A DNA stretch of 59,656 nucleotides, the filler included, from Ionaspis alba (lineage: Eukaryota): the NCBI GenBank assembly GCA_964255285.1. It is 5 parts of 5 records of this genome, joined end to end, with 100 filler letters (N's around TTAATTAATTAA, not from the genome) between each part and the next. Parts side by side here need not be neighbours in the genome. Positions count along the whole stretch, not along the records: positions 11,967 to 23,819 come from CAXUUL010000535.1; positions 23,920 to 35,771 come from CAXUUL010000536.1; 3 more parts are not named here. One strand, 5' to 3'. The notes beneath the pieces were generated by a model. That model was not told where the DNA came from, ran no database searches, and saw only the letters and a list, made by a program, of their open reading frames with translations. Shown here in pieces: positions 11,967 to 24,847 of the stretch. Positions within the stretch are counted from its first letter, which is position 1. Each line of letters begins with the position of its first letter. The translations under genes were made by a program, and so were the position numbers.

Positions 11967-13040
11967 ATCCGATTCCAGGATAAAGATCAACACATTATCT
12001 GGCTGGAACCCGAGGGTTTCGATACAGATGTCATCTACCCAAATGGCATTTCAATGACAGTTCCGGCAGCAGCACAAGAGGCCATGTTGCGTACTGTCAA
12101 GGGTCTTGAGAATGTCAAAATGCTACAGCCAGGATATGGCGTAGAGTACGACTATGTCGACCCTCGCAATCTGCGAGCTACGCTCGAGACCAAGCTTATT
12201 TCTGGTCTCTATTTGGCCGGGCAGATCAATGGCACTACGGGTTACGAAGAAGCAGCAGCCCAAGGAATAGTTGCGGGAATCAATGCCGGACTCGCATCTC
12301 AGGGGAAGCGAGAGATGACTATTAGTCGGGGAGATGGCTACATCGGCATCATGATCGATGACCTCATTACCAAAGGTGTCAGCGAACCATATCGAATGTT
12401 TACGTCGAGAAGCGAGTACCGCATGAGTGCGCGTGCAGACAACGCCGACCTGCGGCTTACTGCCAAGGGTCGAGATGCGGGTGTTGTTAGCGACAAGCGC
12501 TGGCACGTGTTCCAGCAACTCTTCTCCGAAATGCGGGAACTGCAATCGTTATTACAATCGACGAGTATGAGTTCCCGTGCATGGAGCGAGAAGGGATTCC
12601 AGGTCCATCAAGATAGTGCCTATCGATCTGCGTATGAGCTTCTTCGGCTACCTGGCATAAATATCGATTCTCTCGCCTCCCAACTACCGCGTATAGAGTC
12701 TTTCTCTCCGAAGGCTAAAGAGCGAGTTGGCATTGAAGGTGTGTATGCGCCTTACGTGGAGCAGCAGAAAGCAGCAATTGCCGTCTTCGAGCGAGACGAG
12801 CAATTGAAGCTACCGCCGGATCTTGACTACGCCTCAATCCACGGTCTAAGCATGGAAGAAAAGCGAGTCCTGGCTGTCATTCGGCCTGACAGCGTTGGAA
12901 TGGCAAGAAGGTGTGAAGGAGTGACACCGGCTGGGGCATTGAGACTCCTCGCTTTCGTTAGGGGCAATCGAGAGAAAGAACGAAGAAGGGTGGCTTGGGA
13001 AGCGATGGAGGCTAGGAAAGAGGAGTTTGCAGGCATGTAA
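11967..13040 (+). CDS. MTO1: Mitochondrial tRNA U34 modification enzyme Mto1 (GidA/MnmG family), 5'-truncated
   Basis: Frame open from the scaffold start ([17 protein letters not shown]). Motifs [31 protein letters not shown] and [16 protein letters not shown]...[10 protein letters not shown]. Confidence 0.95.
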   Translation: MRFQDKDQHIIWLEPEGFDTDVIYPNGISMTVPAAAQEAMLRTVKGLENVKMLQPGYGVEYDYVDPRNLRATLETKLISGLYLAGQINGTTGYEEAAAQGIVAGINAGLASQGKREMTISRGDGYIGIMIDDLITKGVSEPYRMFTSRSEYRMSARADNADLRLTAKGRDAGVVSDKRWHVFQQLFSEMRELQSLLQSTSMSSRAWSEKGFQVHQDSAYRSAYELLRLPGINIDSLASQLPRIESFSPKAKERVGIEGVYAPYVEQQKAAIAVFERDEQLKLPPDLDYASIHGLSMEEKRVLAVIRPDSVGMARRCEGVTPAGALRLLAFVRGNREKERRRVAWEAMEARKEEFAGM

Positions 13041-13566
13041 GATATTTGAGCGTATAGTTCCGCATAGTGAGGTGCACTGGCGTAGAGTTCTTGAGGCACG
13101 TGGACTGGTCTAGGGTTTAGGGTTAGCGCTTCTCACCATAATTATAGGGCGGCCTCCTCCTGCACGGAACACATGGTATATACATAATGCAACATGACTG
13201 CCAAGGTCCTCATGGGCGGCGGCATTCCAAGAAAGTCGGATGGTCAATGTTTTATCACTTGATATACCATGGAGGCTACCCGGCATCCATTGCAAGTGTT
13301 CGCAGAATGATGGTGACCAATCTTCTACACCATGCGCCAGCAGGATATCCGTAAAGAATTCCCGCGTTTGTTGAGTTTGGGGTGCGGGGGAGACCTCCCT
13401 GGTCCTATTCCTAACCAAAGAGTCGGCTCCATGCTCGGGAAGGATTTCAGGCAGCTGCCCAGAACCTTCTGTGATGCTTGGCGCCTAATCAATGCCATTA
13501 CTCAATTCTTTACCTTACCGTAGTGCTCATGAAGCTCTTCCAGTCTCAGCGAACAAGTGACCATAA

Positions 13567-14527
13567 ATGGCTGTGATTCCCAAAGACCTCAGGCACCATC
13601 ATCCCACCAATATTCACCTTCGCCAGTGGCTCTCCTATTTCCAGACTAATGAATTCTGGACCAATGATCTTGATCCGAGACGTTTGATGATTTCAGTCTC
13701 CATTGCCACCCTCATGTAAATATTCCCTGTCTTTTGACTTGGTCACAACCAATTTTTGATTGTTCCATAGAATTACCATCTGGCTCTGCACTGTATTCAT
13801 TCCCCGAGAATATTGGCCCTATACTCTGCAGAACCTAATCTCTGGGTCTATAATTCACCCTAAAGCTCCGGTCCCGACCCTCCCACTACAACTCGGTCCC
13901 TTCGATCCGACTCGCCGCACAAGCATTACTGGCGGGGAAGTCCTCGTTTTTGCGTGGCCTTCCAGAGGCGGCGTTGTTATCCTGGAGCCCGCCGACGCGG
14001 TTGATTTTGAATACCTTAGTCTGGATCCATTGAATCCACCTCTGCAGCGCCGTTTTGACAAAGCAGAAGAAGACGCGTTCTGTCAGAAACTTCTTCTATT
14101 GGGTGCCAAATGGTGGGACAGTGAAGCACGGTGGCAGTTGATCAGACTAGCTGCCAACGGAGACAGTGCAGCAGATCAAGCTATCGAAAGAGGAGATGAA
14201 CCATATCCTACCGATCGGGAGCAGCGCTTTGTGGCGGTCGGATGGCCAAAGAACGGGGGACTGTGGGTCGCGGAATATGAGTCCCCGCTCTTTGGGGTCG
14301 AGGACGAGGATGATTTGGTTCCAGAGGACGTCGTGCGGTTGAAATTGGCACGGACAATGGACGAAAGATGTTATATCTTACGAACTCATTTCAATGCGAC
14401 CTTTTACGCGGATGTAACAGATTATAAGGGTTCTGCTTTCTTGAATAGTTGGGAAGAAGGGCATTCCGGAGAGGTTGGCCCGTTGCTTCGGCCGGAGGAG
14501 ACAGAAAGCTTGTTAGAAAAACAATGA
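13567..14527 (+). CDS. Hypothetical fungal protein, 2 exons (13567-13715, 13771-14527)
   Basis: ATG in AAAATGG context. A GTAAAT...TAG intron joins it in frame to a 250-codon protein-like ORF (EEDAFCQKLLLLGAKWWDSE). Function unknown. Confidence 0.65.
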
Positions 14528-15731
14528 AGAGTCTATGAAGATCCCGACTCCCAGTCTGCAAGATCTTGAGTCGTTCACGGCTGGCCAACAAATTATTAAA
14601 GTCTACCGGAGTTTTGAAATGCTGTATAGCCACAGATCTAATGGTGAGAAGTCCGCGAACAGCCATTATCCAATGAAAAGCTCCGGTTAAAGCTCCGCCA
14701 AGACAACCAGGAAAGGTACCGCCAGCGCATATCGCAAAGATGAAAGCAAATCTGCTTTGTAGCAATTATCCGTCTCCCCAGACGCCAATCTCGCAGACCG
14801 AGCACAGTGATGATCCTACTCATAAATAAGAATTCAACTATCCACTGTTTTAATTGTCCAGTTATTTGGTAATCAAGGGACAAGGAATTTCAAAGATCTA
14901 GGGCTGTCGCTGTCCGCTTTACCGCGTGGCACAAGGTACAATGCCGGAAATGTGACCACGGTTAAGCATGGGAATAAGTAGATGGCCATTGTCTCACCAT
15001 GACGAATTTAGGGCTTGGACCTCCAGCTGGGGAGCAGCATATCCCTTAACCATTGGTGACCATCAGCGGAAGAAGGCCGCCCCGTCAAATGCAGGTTGGA
15101 GATTGGAACATTGTTCTAGCTCCCTTGATTCTCCATCGACGTGCTGCTGCCGTACGAAGTTCTAGGCTTAAGCACAAGCAATCAATCAATCACATGGTCA
15201 AATGGATGCCATCGCACGTGTCTGACGTGCCAACCCTTCGATGTAGAGTTCCTCGACCTGCATGCCCAGTTTCAGCATTTAGAAACCATCCTCATGTTCG
15301 TTCGACAGGATAGCAACCCGCGATCTACGCGCTCCACACGTGCGGCTTCCCGCTGCATGCCCGTTGATCAAAATATACACTTCTCCGCAATTCATCTGCA
15401 CTTCATAGCCCCCTTGCACCTCCGTCTGCCGGATCGAGCCTCTCTCATCCGTCCGCCTCGACGTGTCGGATAATTCCCCGACCCACCCCTGTAAGTCCGT
15501 GCATAGATTTCCCCAGATCTTCATCTCTGTCCGCATATAACGTCTCGAGGTTGTCCATCGTTCGTGCAAGAGCCTTCTGTTCTTCTGCTCTTCGTTCGGC
15601 CGTTTCCCGCTCCAATATCTTCATATCAACCTCCATATGCCAATTTATCCACCAACTTTCCAATGACTCACCATCACCAAATCAACAGACGCGATTCAAC
15701 TTCACTACTCTCTCCCCTTCCCCTTCTCAAA

Positions 15732-16334
15732 ATGCAAGACACAGCTTCGACCTTCACCTCCACCTCCACGACCTCGCCGTCCTCTCGTCCCAGCCAAAGA
15801 AGCTACCTCCACACAGGTGTCGGCGGGGCCGGCAATTACCACAAATTCACACCCGCACCCCCATACCTGCTCTTCCCGCCCTCTTCGCTCACCACCTCAA
15901 ACATGCCTTCCAGTGTCCCCGTGGCTCCTCGTCAACCCCCAAACCACCACCGATCAAACCTCCGCTCTCTGTTCCGTTCTGGCATAGGTGGTGCGGGTAA
16001 TGTTTACTCCGCTAGCAATGCTGCGTCGCTCTCTGAAGAGGAGTATGCGAGGATGAAGATGAAGACCATGAATGATCAGCCGAGTGGCCGGTGGTCCGTG
16101 GGAATTGGAGGAGCAGGGAATCGGAGGGAAGGTGTGGTGATGGGGAAGGTCTTACCTGAGGACCGATCGCTAGATGGCGGAGGGAGCTTGTTGGAAAACG
16201 GGAGTGGTGGTAGCGGCTGTTTTGGAGGTGAAAGGGTGCCGATTGGGTTGGCGGAAGTGTTAAAGAGGCGAATTGGCAGTGTTTTGGGCATGAAGGGGAG
16301 GAGGGGGAGTCTTGAACATGAATCAAAAGGGTGA
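15732..16334 (+). CDS. Par32/DUF3602-like protein with GxGGAGN repeats
   Basis: Three motifs: HTGVGGAGNY, SGIGGAGNV, VGIGGAGNR. Low-complexity linkers. Start chosen by CAAAATG context; an alternative in-frame ATG lies at 15663. Confidence 0.7.
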   Translation: MQDTASTFTSTSTTSPSSRPSQRSYLHTGVGGAGNYHKFTPAPPYLLFPPSSLTTSNMPSSVPVAPRQPPNHHRSNLRSLFRSGIGGAGNVYSASNAASLSEEEYARMKMKTMNDQPSGRWSVGIGGAGNRREGVVMGKVLPEDRSLDGGGSLLENGSGGSGCFGGERVPIGLAEVLKRRIGSVLGMKGRRGSLEHESKG

Positions 16335-18179
16335 CAAGAAAGATCACAGAGTTGAAGGATTGATGAAGTTGGAGCTCACTGGAATCTGCGGTTTCGTAAG
16401 GGAAAAGGGGAGTGGCGCTGTGTCAGGAGCCAGGCAATTGCTCCTTATATAGGGTAACGAAACTCATGTCATAAGAAATAAGCATTGTCAAGACGGTCGT
16501 TTGTATAGCCGATTGAAATGTTTCTTGGATGTCAACTGGCTACATTTTCAGGGCTCCGTATGTGTGCTGAGAAATCGTTGTAGTCCAACAGGTCCATGGT
16601 GATGGTGGCCAAGACCTCTAAATATCCAGGAGGAATCGAGTAGAGGATTTCAGGCACAGAAGATCCATCAGATCTTCCTAGCGCCCGCGGCAATGAACGT
16701 GGAACGTTCCGATCGTTGTCGAAAGAGAATCAACACGTGATGTTGTGTACCACAGCATCGGTTGTGCCGCGGTTGTAAATAAGCACCATTTGCTTATCTG
16801 AACATCTGTTCAGTGAAGCTCATCAACGATATCGAGACCTAACGATCTGCAAAAGAAAACTTTGGGGATCAGCAGCGAGCATATTTTTAGGCAGCAATCG
16901 GTAGACCCGCGAGCTGTTAAGTATTTGTTTGCCGTAGTGACATTCGTGGGCCGTGAATGCAGATGTGCAGCCGCAGTGATCGACCGCCAGCTGCTAGAAG
17001 TTTGGAAATGGATGACGAAAGCCGCAGCCCACAACTCGGTTCTGGAAGACTTAGTAATCCAAGAATAGCTTTTATGATAAAGGGGCACAGTATTGTGGTT
17101 AGCCGATGAAGGTTTTTGGATAGTAGTCTTCGAGGTGTCAAGATTTAGGCAGCAATAAAAGGAGACTCCTTGATAGTTCGATCACGGGCAGACTTATACG
17201 ACGCATTGACGCCACCGACACTGGAGCCGCAGAGTCAAGTAGGTTGCAGATACGGTTGATTTGTCGAAGAAAAGCAAGAATATACGCGTCTATGGCTTCG
17301 TCTGAGCCACACACATCAAACCTGCTTACTACTCCAATTGAAGGTACAGTAAGCATGGTGGACGATCAAGGAAGGGTGACAATGTGTCGAATGGCAGGAC
17401 AAAGAAGTCATGTCAAGTCGATCTGTCAGCAATCCGTAATACAGTCCCGACTATCACTGTTGAAATGAGAAGGAGTTCCCAGCTGTACGGCGTGGGCTCT
17501 GTCATTTCCATGATGGTGGGCTTTCTTCTGTCTCGTCCACGACAAAAACGTGCCATCCCGGCACTAAACCATCCGGGAGCTAGTGTTTCTCGAAGCGAAG
17601 CTACCCAAAGTCGCGGCCATTTTGGCACTTGAGGGCCTTCCACCAACATGGAGTAGAAGCAGATAGCGTCGTGGCTTAGACTGCATGACCTACACACAGT
17701 CGCTGATTTCATTATCAGATTAATGCTGGATATGGATGCTAGTTTTGTCGACCACGATCGGACCTCTGCAGACGTAATATTGCAGTTATTGCGTTGATCT
17801 GTGGGTGCCGAGGATGTCGGGGCTGGAAAGAGGGTCAAAGGCTGAGCAAAACGTAAGCTGGATTCTTTTCAGCCACTCAACGACGACCTGTTCCTGAACC
17901 AACGGTGGTTATATCCCACCCTACACTACGGCCAAGATCCCGGCCTCAAGGGTTGACATCGAACGGGCATACCGTTCGACTTTCTGCCGAAGAGCTGTTG
18001 TGTGAAGCCACACACTAGATTGCTGGAAGAGGTAGGCTACATCATGTCGATCTGACGAAAACTGTTGATATATGTATTTAAAGAATTGAATGGCCATTTT
18101 TGAAATTTCATTCTAAGTTTCGTGATCAAGCTGAGCGGATTGTCTTTTCTACATCGTACCTCTATCCCCCCTCGCTATC

Positions 18180-20409
18180 ATGTCGTCAGAAGGCAGCTCT
18201 TCCCATGCCTCTCAAGTTCCCGTCCCCCCTACACTTCCCAAGGGGCGAGCCAAAGCATGTACCAATTGCAGGCAGGTCAAACTGCGATGCGATGCCAAAG
18301 AAGTGTTCCCCGCCTCGTGCTCACGATGCAGAGCCCAGAGGTTGGAATGCAAGATGGATTCTACGTTCAAGAGAGTTGCCGCGAGACGACAACTAGAAGA
18401 GGTCTCTACACGACTCAACAATCTACAAAGAACACTAGGTATCGAGCAGCCGAGCGGCAAATCTAGGTCTCCAGCGCCTGCAGAAACGGCGTCAGAACAG
18501 TCCCTTCACTCGTTGGGATGGACTCCCGCTCCAGACTCGAGATATTTTTCCGACCTCTCTTCCAGAGTAGCCCGATATCCTTCTACAACTCCCGAGGAAA
18601 GTACTGTCCCGACCCGATGGCTTGATCTGGACCTGGATCTCCAGAGTGAGAGCGAAACGTGGTTGCTCGGAGATCTGGAGCTCGATTCCAGCGCCGTTGG
18701 TAAACTCTTTCAGCACTTCGACGAGAATTTGTATAGACATATCCCGATCCTGGAGCCATGTACGTCATTGTCAGCCTATTACCAAGCCAACAAATTATTA
18801 TTCTGGACTGTGGTCTTGATCTCGTGCAAGTTACATTCTACGTTTCATGAGCTGTATGCTAGACTACAGCCTCATCATGAAGCTCTATTATCTGCCAATC
18901 TTCTCAGAATTCCTCAGTCGATGAAAGTTCTCCACGCAATTCTACTCATGTGCATCTGGCCATACCCAGTGAAGAGCCAATTCGAAGATCCAGTCTGGGT
19001 ACAAATGGGTACTGTCATCAATATGGCAATGATGTTAGGACTTCATGAGCCAGGTCATCAACATGAATATGGTCGTCCGACGAGCCCTATGCAGGGCACC
19101 ATCTACACGCGTAACGTAACCTGGATTTTCATCTTCCAGACGAGCACGAGGTATGTAATGGCACAAGATTACATCGATACCATCTCTAACAATCCGAAGT
19201 TTCAGCTCTTGGTTTGGTATGCCTCCTCCTCTCAACACGCCTTCACATCTCGACACCATTGCCCAGCTCTGCAAAGATCCAGGAATCCCTCGAATACTAG
19301 CTGCACGCGCGGACATTCAGCGAGAAGTGGCTCGGTCAATACCAACTCTAGTCGACAAGATTGACCTTCGTACACGACACTCACTCATCAAGCTTTTCGA
19401 ATCAGACCTCGATCGCGTACGATCCTCCTTCAAAGATGTCTGGTCCTTAGAACTGGATATCGATCTTCTGGCCGCCAAGCTATATCTTTATGGCCTCGCC
19501 TTTGTCTCACCAAACGAGGCGGACGATGACAACATGCAGATAGAGTCTCCGCCATTTGCAGCCCGCGATCTACTCCAGCGGGGCCTCTCAACTGCCGTCC
19601 GTCTCTTGTACACGTTCCGTCACCTACCACTGTCAGACTCCCCGCACCATGGCGCACAAGTCCCAAACAGCGAAGGGTTGGGAACAGACGACTATATCCA
19701 CCAGCTGGGATTCTATCCCAAGCATTTCTTCCGACTAGCCGGCTTCGCAGTATATTTCCTCCTCTGGTTCTTAGCCGTCGACCTCGAAGCTTCAGACACC
19801 GATAAGGAGCTAGCACGCAATTATGTCAGTGCGGCGCATCGACTCTTTCTTAGCTTCCCAAACTCTCCAGAACACATACGTGCAGCGCATTCGTTTGAGA
19901 TCTTAGGCCGCATCCCAAACACAACAGGGAAGACACCAAAGCTCCGCATAAACTCACGGCTGGGAGCCTCGTTCATGTACGATGCCATGTATAACGCCGT
20001 TTTCTACAGAGAAGGTGCCCGCGCAGGAGAAGATTCACGCATTACGGAGCTACGCAGAATCGCCGAAGTATTGCGAGAGCGGGCGCATCTAGAGGAGGCG
20101 GCTCGAGGACACGGCGCGGAATCGGAGAAGACCGAGAACCCTGACGTTGATATAGGGGACATGGATGTTCGAGAGACACGCCAGCAGCTCAGTTGGCAGC
20201 AAGCCGGGCAGTATGAGGAGGAGATTCAGAACTCGGTTGAGGATGCTTTTGATCCGGCGAATACCTACAATGCTTTTGGGGGAACACCCGCTGATTGCCA
20301 GATTCCGTGGGGTGTTTGGGACAATTCTATCTACGATACTTTGAATATGGATTTGGATATGACTCAAGCGCCTTACATAGATGCCGCATTTCGGAGTCAA
20401 GGCCGATAA
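18180..20409 (+). CDS. Zn(II)2Cys6 transcription factor (Sef1/Leu3-like cluster), intron at about 19151-19205
   Basis: CTNCRQVKLRCDAKEVFPASCSRCRAQRLEC six-Cys cluster, a coiled coil, a fungal TF middle region and an acidic C-terminus. A GTATGT...CTAAC...AG intron links the two ORFs. Confidence 0.9.
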
Positions 20410-21677
20410 AACGAAGCATTGATCAATAGATTTCAGTAGAATTTCTGGTCGTGGTTGGGCAAATCTTCATTCCAGAATAATTGGCGGACGATGGGCGATA
20501 AGGGGGATAATTAGAAGGCTATTAATCATATAAATGGATTAGAGGTTCAGGTGCCCAATCGCTTAGTTTTCGGAGATAGTTTTTGGAGCTCCGACCCCGA
20601 TGCTTTCAGCGTTTCAAGCAGTACTCACAATGCAGCTAGACGAGCTTAATATAGCTACCTTGATCGCCGTTCGGGACCTCTTCGTGAGCCGACACATGTA
20701 TATACAGTGTAGAGATTGTCCCGACCGATGTCCCCAACGAGTGACTCAAACATGCGATTTAACGCCGAGATGAAATTCTAATTAAACCTCATCCATCGCA
20801 GCCGGATCAACCATAATCTGCCTCCTGTGGCATCTGCAAGCGGTGAGACTCAAACCGCCAATCTTCAAACCCAACACAGCCTCAATCCTCACCACGACCG
20901 CCAGGCCAACGCGCGGCATGGCTTTCCCTTGGGCAGACCCGGTGAACGCAATCTCATAGGTGAATTCCAACGGTAAAAAGGGGTTTCGACTCACCCGGGC
21001 AGGGCTACGAATCCCACGTCCCAAGTACCCTCGTAGATAGCCTGACTCCCACGAATCCCATGAGGGCAGGACAACTCCTCAATCTCACTGTTGCATGGAG
21101 CCATAATCTCACCCATTTTGCATGGCAGGCAGGGATCCTTGGCGACTGCCGATTGGTTGGTGGGGACTCCGAGAGCGATATTCGCAGTTCAGACCGCGTA
21201 GTTGGGATTGCCTTGCTTGTCGGAGAGCTGTCGCAGAGATGCGAGGAGCTTTATGCTCGTGCGTGCTTGGTGCGTGGTAGGGGAGCCTCGCTGGGCGGTG
21301 CGGTACGGCGACTTGTCCGAAGGACATGGGAGAGTGTCGTTGGCTGTATATAAGGGGATGCGTTTGCTCGGAGGATTGGGCGAGCACTGCTTTGATTACT
21401 CGTCGTCGGGATCCTGGATAGAGTGGGTTTTCTCGTACTGCGATTTGCACTACTGTCGTATTGCTCGTCTGCTCAGCCTGCTGGCCTTGGGAGAAGTCAT
21501 TCGAGTCATTTGGTTGTTGCCTTGTTGTGCTTATTCCACGATTCCTGCCATATAGATACTCGCGAGCCTCAATTGTCTAGAATCTTTTTCCTGCTACCAT
21601 CACTCTAATAAAGAAACGTCTTCATTCTTTTTTGCTCAAGGGTTTCTTTCCGAGCGGTACTGCTCCTCCACTACGAG

Positions 21678-22841
21678 ATGGATACTCCATATACATTCTC
21701 CATCAAGGTCAATGGCACGATCTATGACCTCACTGTATGATATCTCGTTCCACGATAGCTTTACAAGCTGATCAAAACCAGTGCACCCTGAACCAATCTC
21801 TTGACCCCACCGACACCTGCTTTGGCGCAGAGCAGCTCAAATATGTCCCATCACTTGGAGGAAATGCCTTCTATCTTGCCTTTTTCGTCATCTGCCTTGG
21901 TCTACAAGCTTTCTTCGCATTCCGCCACAAGACCTGGGGATTCCTTGTGGGTATGGCTGGTGGTCTCTTCCTTGAGATCATTGGATACATCGGCCGGATC
22001 ATGTTACACAACAACCCGTTCGACCACAATGCATTCCTTATGTACGTATTCGAGCACGAATGACACAACATCGTAAAGATCTAACGCAATGATCCAGCTA
22101 TCTGATCTGTCTCACCATCGCGCCCGCCTTCATCACCGCAGCTATCTACCTCTGCCTTGCTCGCATTATCGTGGCCTATGGGGAGAGCCTGTCGAGATTT
22201 AAGCCAAGGACCTACACCATCACCTTCATCTTCTTCGACTTCTTTTCTCTTGTGCTACAGGGAACTGGCGGAGGCATAGCATCCACTGGCGATACACACT
22301 CGACTGTGCAAGCTGGCGTCAACATCATGATTACTGGTCTCTCATTCCAAGTCTTCTCGCTGCTACTATTTATGGTTCTTTGTGCCGACTATGCATGGAC
22401 TGTCAACAAGCGCAATAGCGAGTTGGCACCACGTTCTGTGGAATTGAGGAACTCATTCAAGTTCAAGGCTTTCCAAGGAGGTCAGTAGCTTATTCCTGAT
22501 TTCTATGACAAGCACAAGCTGATTATTATGACTCAGCCCTCGCTCTCGCTACCTTCACCATCTTCATCCGATCCGTCTTCCGTGTTGCCGAGCTGAGCCA
22601 AGGCTTTGATGGTACGCTCGCCAACCAAGAAGTCACGTTCATGATTCTTGAGGGCGCAATGGTCGTCATCGCTGTTCTGGCGCTGACGGCGTTCCATCCT
22701 GGTGTTGCTTTTGCTGGTCACTGGGCTGCGGCAAATTTCAGGCTGAGGACGAGAAAGACGGAAGAGAAGGTTCTTAGTGGAGGGAGCTCGAACGTCGATG
22801 TCGATAGGAATGGTCGTCCGATGATGGCTAACAATGTTTAG
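21678..22841 (+). CDS. RTA1/RSB1-family lipid-translocating exporter, exons 21678-21734, 21782-22041, 22098-22480, 22537-22841
   Basis: Motifs LEIIGYIGR, ICLTIAPAFITAAIY, DFFSLVLQGTGGG, IMITGLSFQV, IRSVFRVAEL and FHPG. About 7 transmembrane segments. Confidence 0.92.
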
Positions 22842-23819
22842 GAGCGGATAAGTCTATTATGGGAGTTTTAGGAGATTTGTTCTCGAATACTGAAGCGATG
22901 ATGCCCCATCTGCAGAGGGCTATACGGAGTTGATTACGATGATTGTTTTATCTCCTTACCTTTATAACTATGTTGGGATTGAGCTCCTGTGTTGGGGACA
23001 CAAGGCAGTTGTGCATAAAGCCGAGATGATATAGACGCGGACGGGTCACATAAATCTGATCAAGAGAATCAATCAATCAAGTTTAACTTATAGAATCTTT
23101 CGCGAAGACCTTTGGTGTCTATTTTCCATAATTGCAGCTATTTGTCCTTCCAGACGTCGTGTTCGCTCTTGACGAGCTCTCTGTGGAACGTGACTCATGT
23201 CCGGGCAGATCACGAAACGCTCTTGCCGCCCCTACAGCTGCACCCATCAAACAGGTACTGAGAAAGCCCTGCTGACGGTCAGGGCAACAGCCTCATACCA
23301 GCTTATGGTTCCAAGACTGTCCTTAATGCGAACCAGGCATCAAAGAGTCATCCTTCGAGGAGCAGCGGTGCAGGGTGCATCATCACTGCTTGTACCACGA
23401 TATGGTGGCTGAATGCATGGCGTTGAGACTGAGTGTATAAATTTGTCCAAGCTTTGTGACACACGCTTGGCCATGGGAAGGAGAAGGTAGAGGCGATGTT
23501 GGTGGAATGATAGTATTTCATGCTCGCCTTCGTGTCTCTAATAACACGAAGCAATTTTGCGATCCTAGAGATCGACGAGCATACTATCAAATCTGATAGC
23601 ACTGGTTGCTTGAAGATCAAGGAAACAAACAATATCCGGATTTCCTAAAACCTAGGGACACCCGAAAGCGAGTCTTCCTCGGTAGCAGACATCGAACGCT
23701 GCTCGGCAATAATTCTATCGAAGCTCTAGATTGCTGCTGACATATGGTACTTGTAATTCAGATATCGTGTGGAAATGTGCCGTAGAGCCAAAGCGTGGTA
23801 TCTAGCGCTGTCGCGTATC

Positions 23820-23919
23820 NNNNNNNNNNNNNNNNNNNNNNNNNNNNNNNNNNNNNNNNNNNNTTAATTAATTAANNNNNNNNNNNNNNNNNNNNNNNNN
23901 NNNNNNNNNNNNNNNNNNN
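23820..23919. other. Artificial scaffold-joining spacer
   Basis: N run with central TTAATTAATTAA at 23864-23875. Confidence 0.95.
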
Positions 23920-24348
23920 AACTAAATGTGGTAATGACTGTTGAAAGCCGCCTCCAGCTGTAATGCTAATACATCCATGCATATTGAAGAATAAGTTTCT
24001 ACTTCCCCTCGGTCTCCTCCTTCCATCGTCCATCTACCTGCGCCAAGAAATAATTGTAACACCAGTCTCATTCCATCAAATGTATCCCCCAGAGCACAAA
24101 GATCGCACGAGCAGGCTAGCAACTAAAAAACTCCGACACTCCGAAGACTTTTATGAATTACCACAGAGGATGCTGCGGTTCATCTCAAGCACTGAAGACC
24201 AAGGCAGAGGTTTAGAATCCGCAAGCTTGACGGTCAGCTTCCGCGAAGGACACCAACATGTTCCCAAGGTCCAAATCACTCCAGTCATTGGGATACAGTT
24301 CCCCGAACGCTGCTGAGTATCGTAAGCGGTTTGCTGGCTGCTGACTGT

Positions 24349-24847
24349 CTATGGATAGCCATTGTTGCCGCTCGCCGATCCACCGCCATTGCTACCATTA
24401 GGAGCACTAGTTCCATTGGCATTGTTGGTTGGTGGCGGAAGCTGAAGGGGATATCTAGCTCCGCTGCCTTGCGTAGGTTCCCAGATATTGCGAGCGTCGT
24501 TTTTGGTAATACCGTCACAGGCACGATCGTATTCTTCCCTATCTGCAGTGCCTGGTTGAGCATCTTTACGTCGTTGCCAATATGCCACTTTCCAAGCCTC
24601 TTTACTCTGTATCTCGCTCCAGATCCAAGCACTCCGCCGAGGGTCGAGGTATTGATCTCTCCTCAGCGTTCTCTTTCCATAAGGAACACCAAAAAAAAGA
24701 ATCTGCACGATCGACGCCAAGGATATGATTGATCATATAGCCAATAAGCTCGTGATTATCTTGCCCATTCAGGTGCGACACTATGATCTTAGTCTAGGCA
24801 CCCTCTAGGACCCCGAGGTGAGAATTCCACCCGATTCCTAAAGCCAT
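24349..24847 (-). pseudogene. Possible disrupted small gene (in-frame TAG plus frameshift at a T8 run)
   Basis: ACAATCATGG start context and upstream TATATAAAA (about 25096-25104). Protein-like reading across a TAG at 24794-24796 and a frame change near 24691-24698 into the 24349-24720 ORF. No recognised family. Confidence 0.3.

Noticed and set aside
16810..18060. Short minus-strand ORFs upstream of the Zn2Cys6 gene as a gene or pseudogene
   Set aside because: Some stretches look protein-like, but I could not build a consistent spliced model or recognise a family. A tblastx search would be needed.
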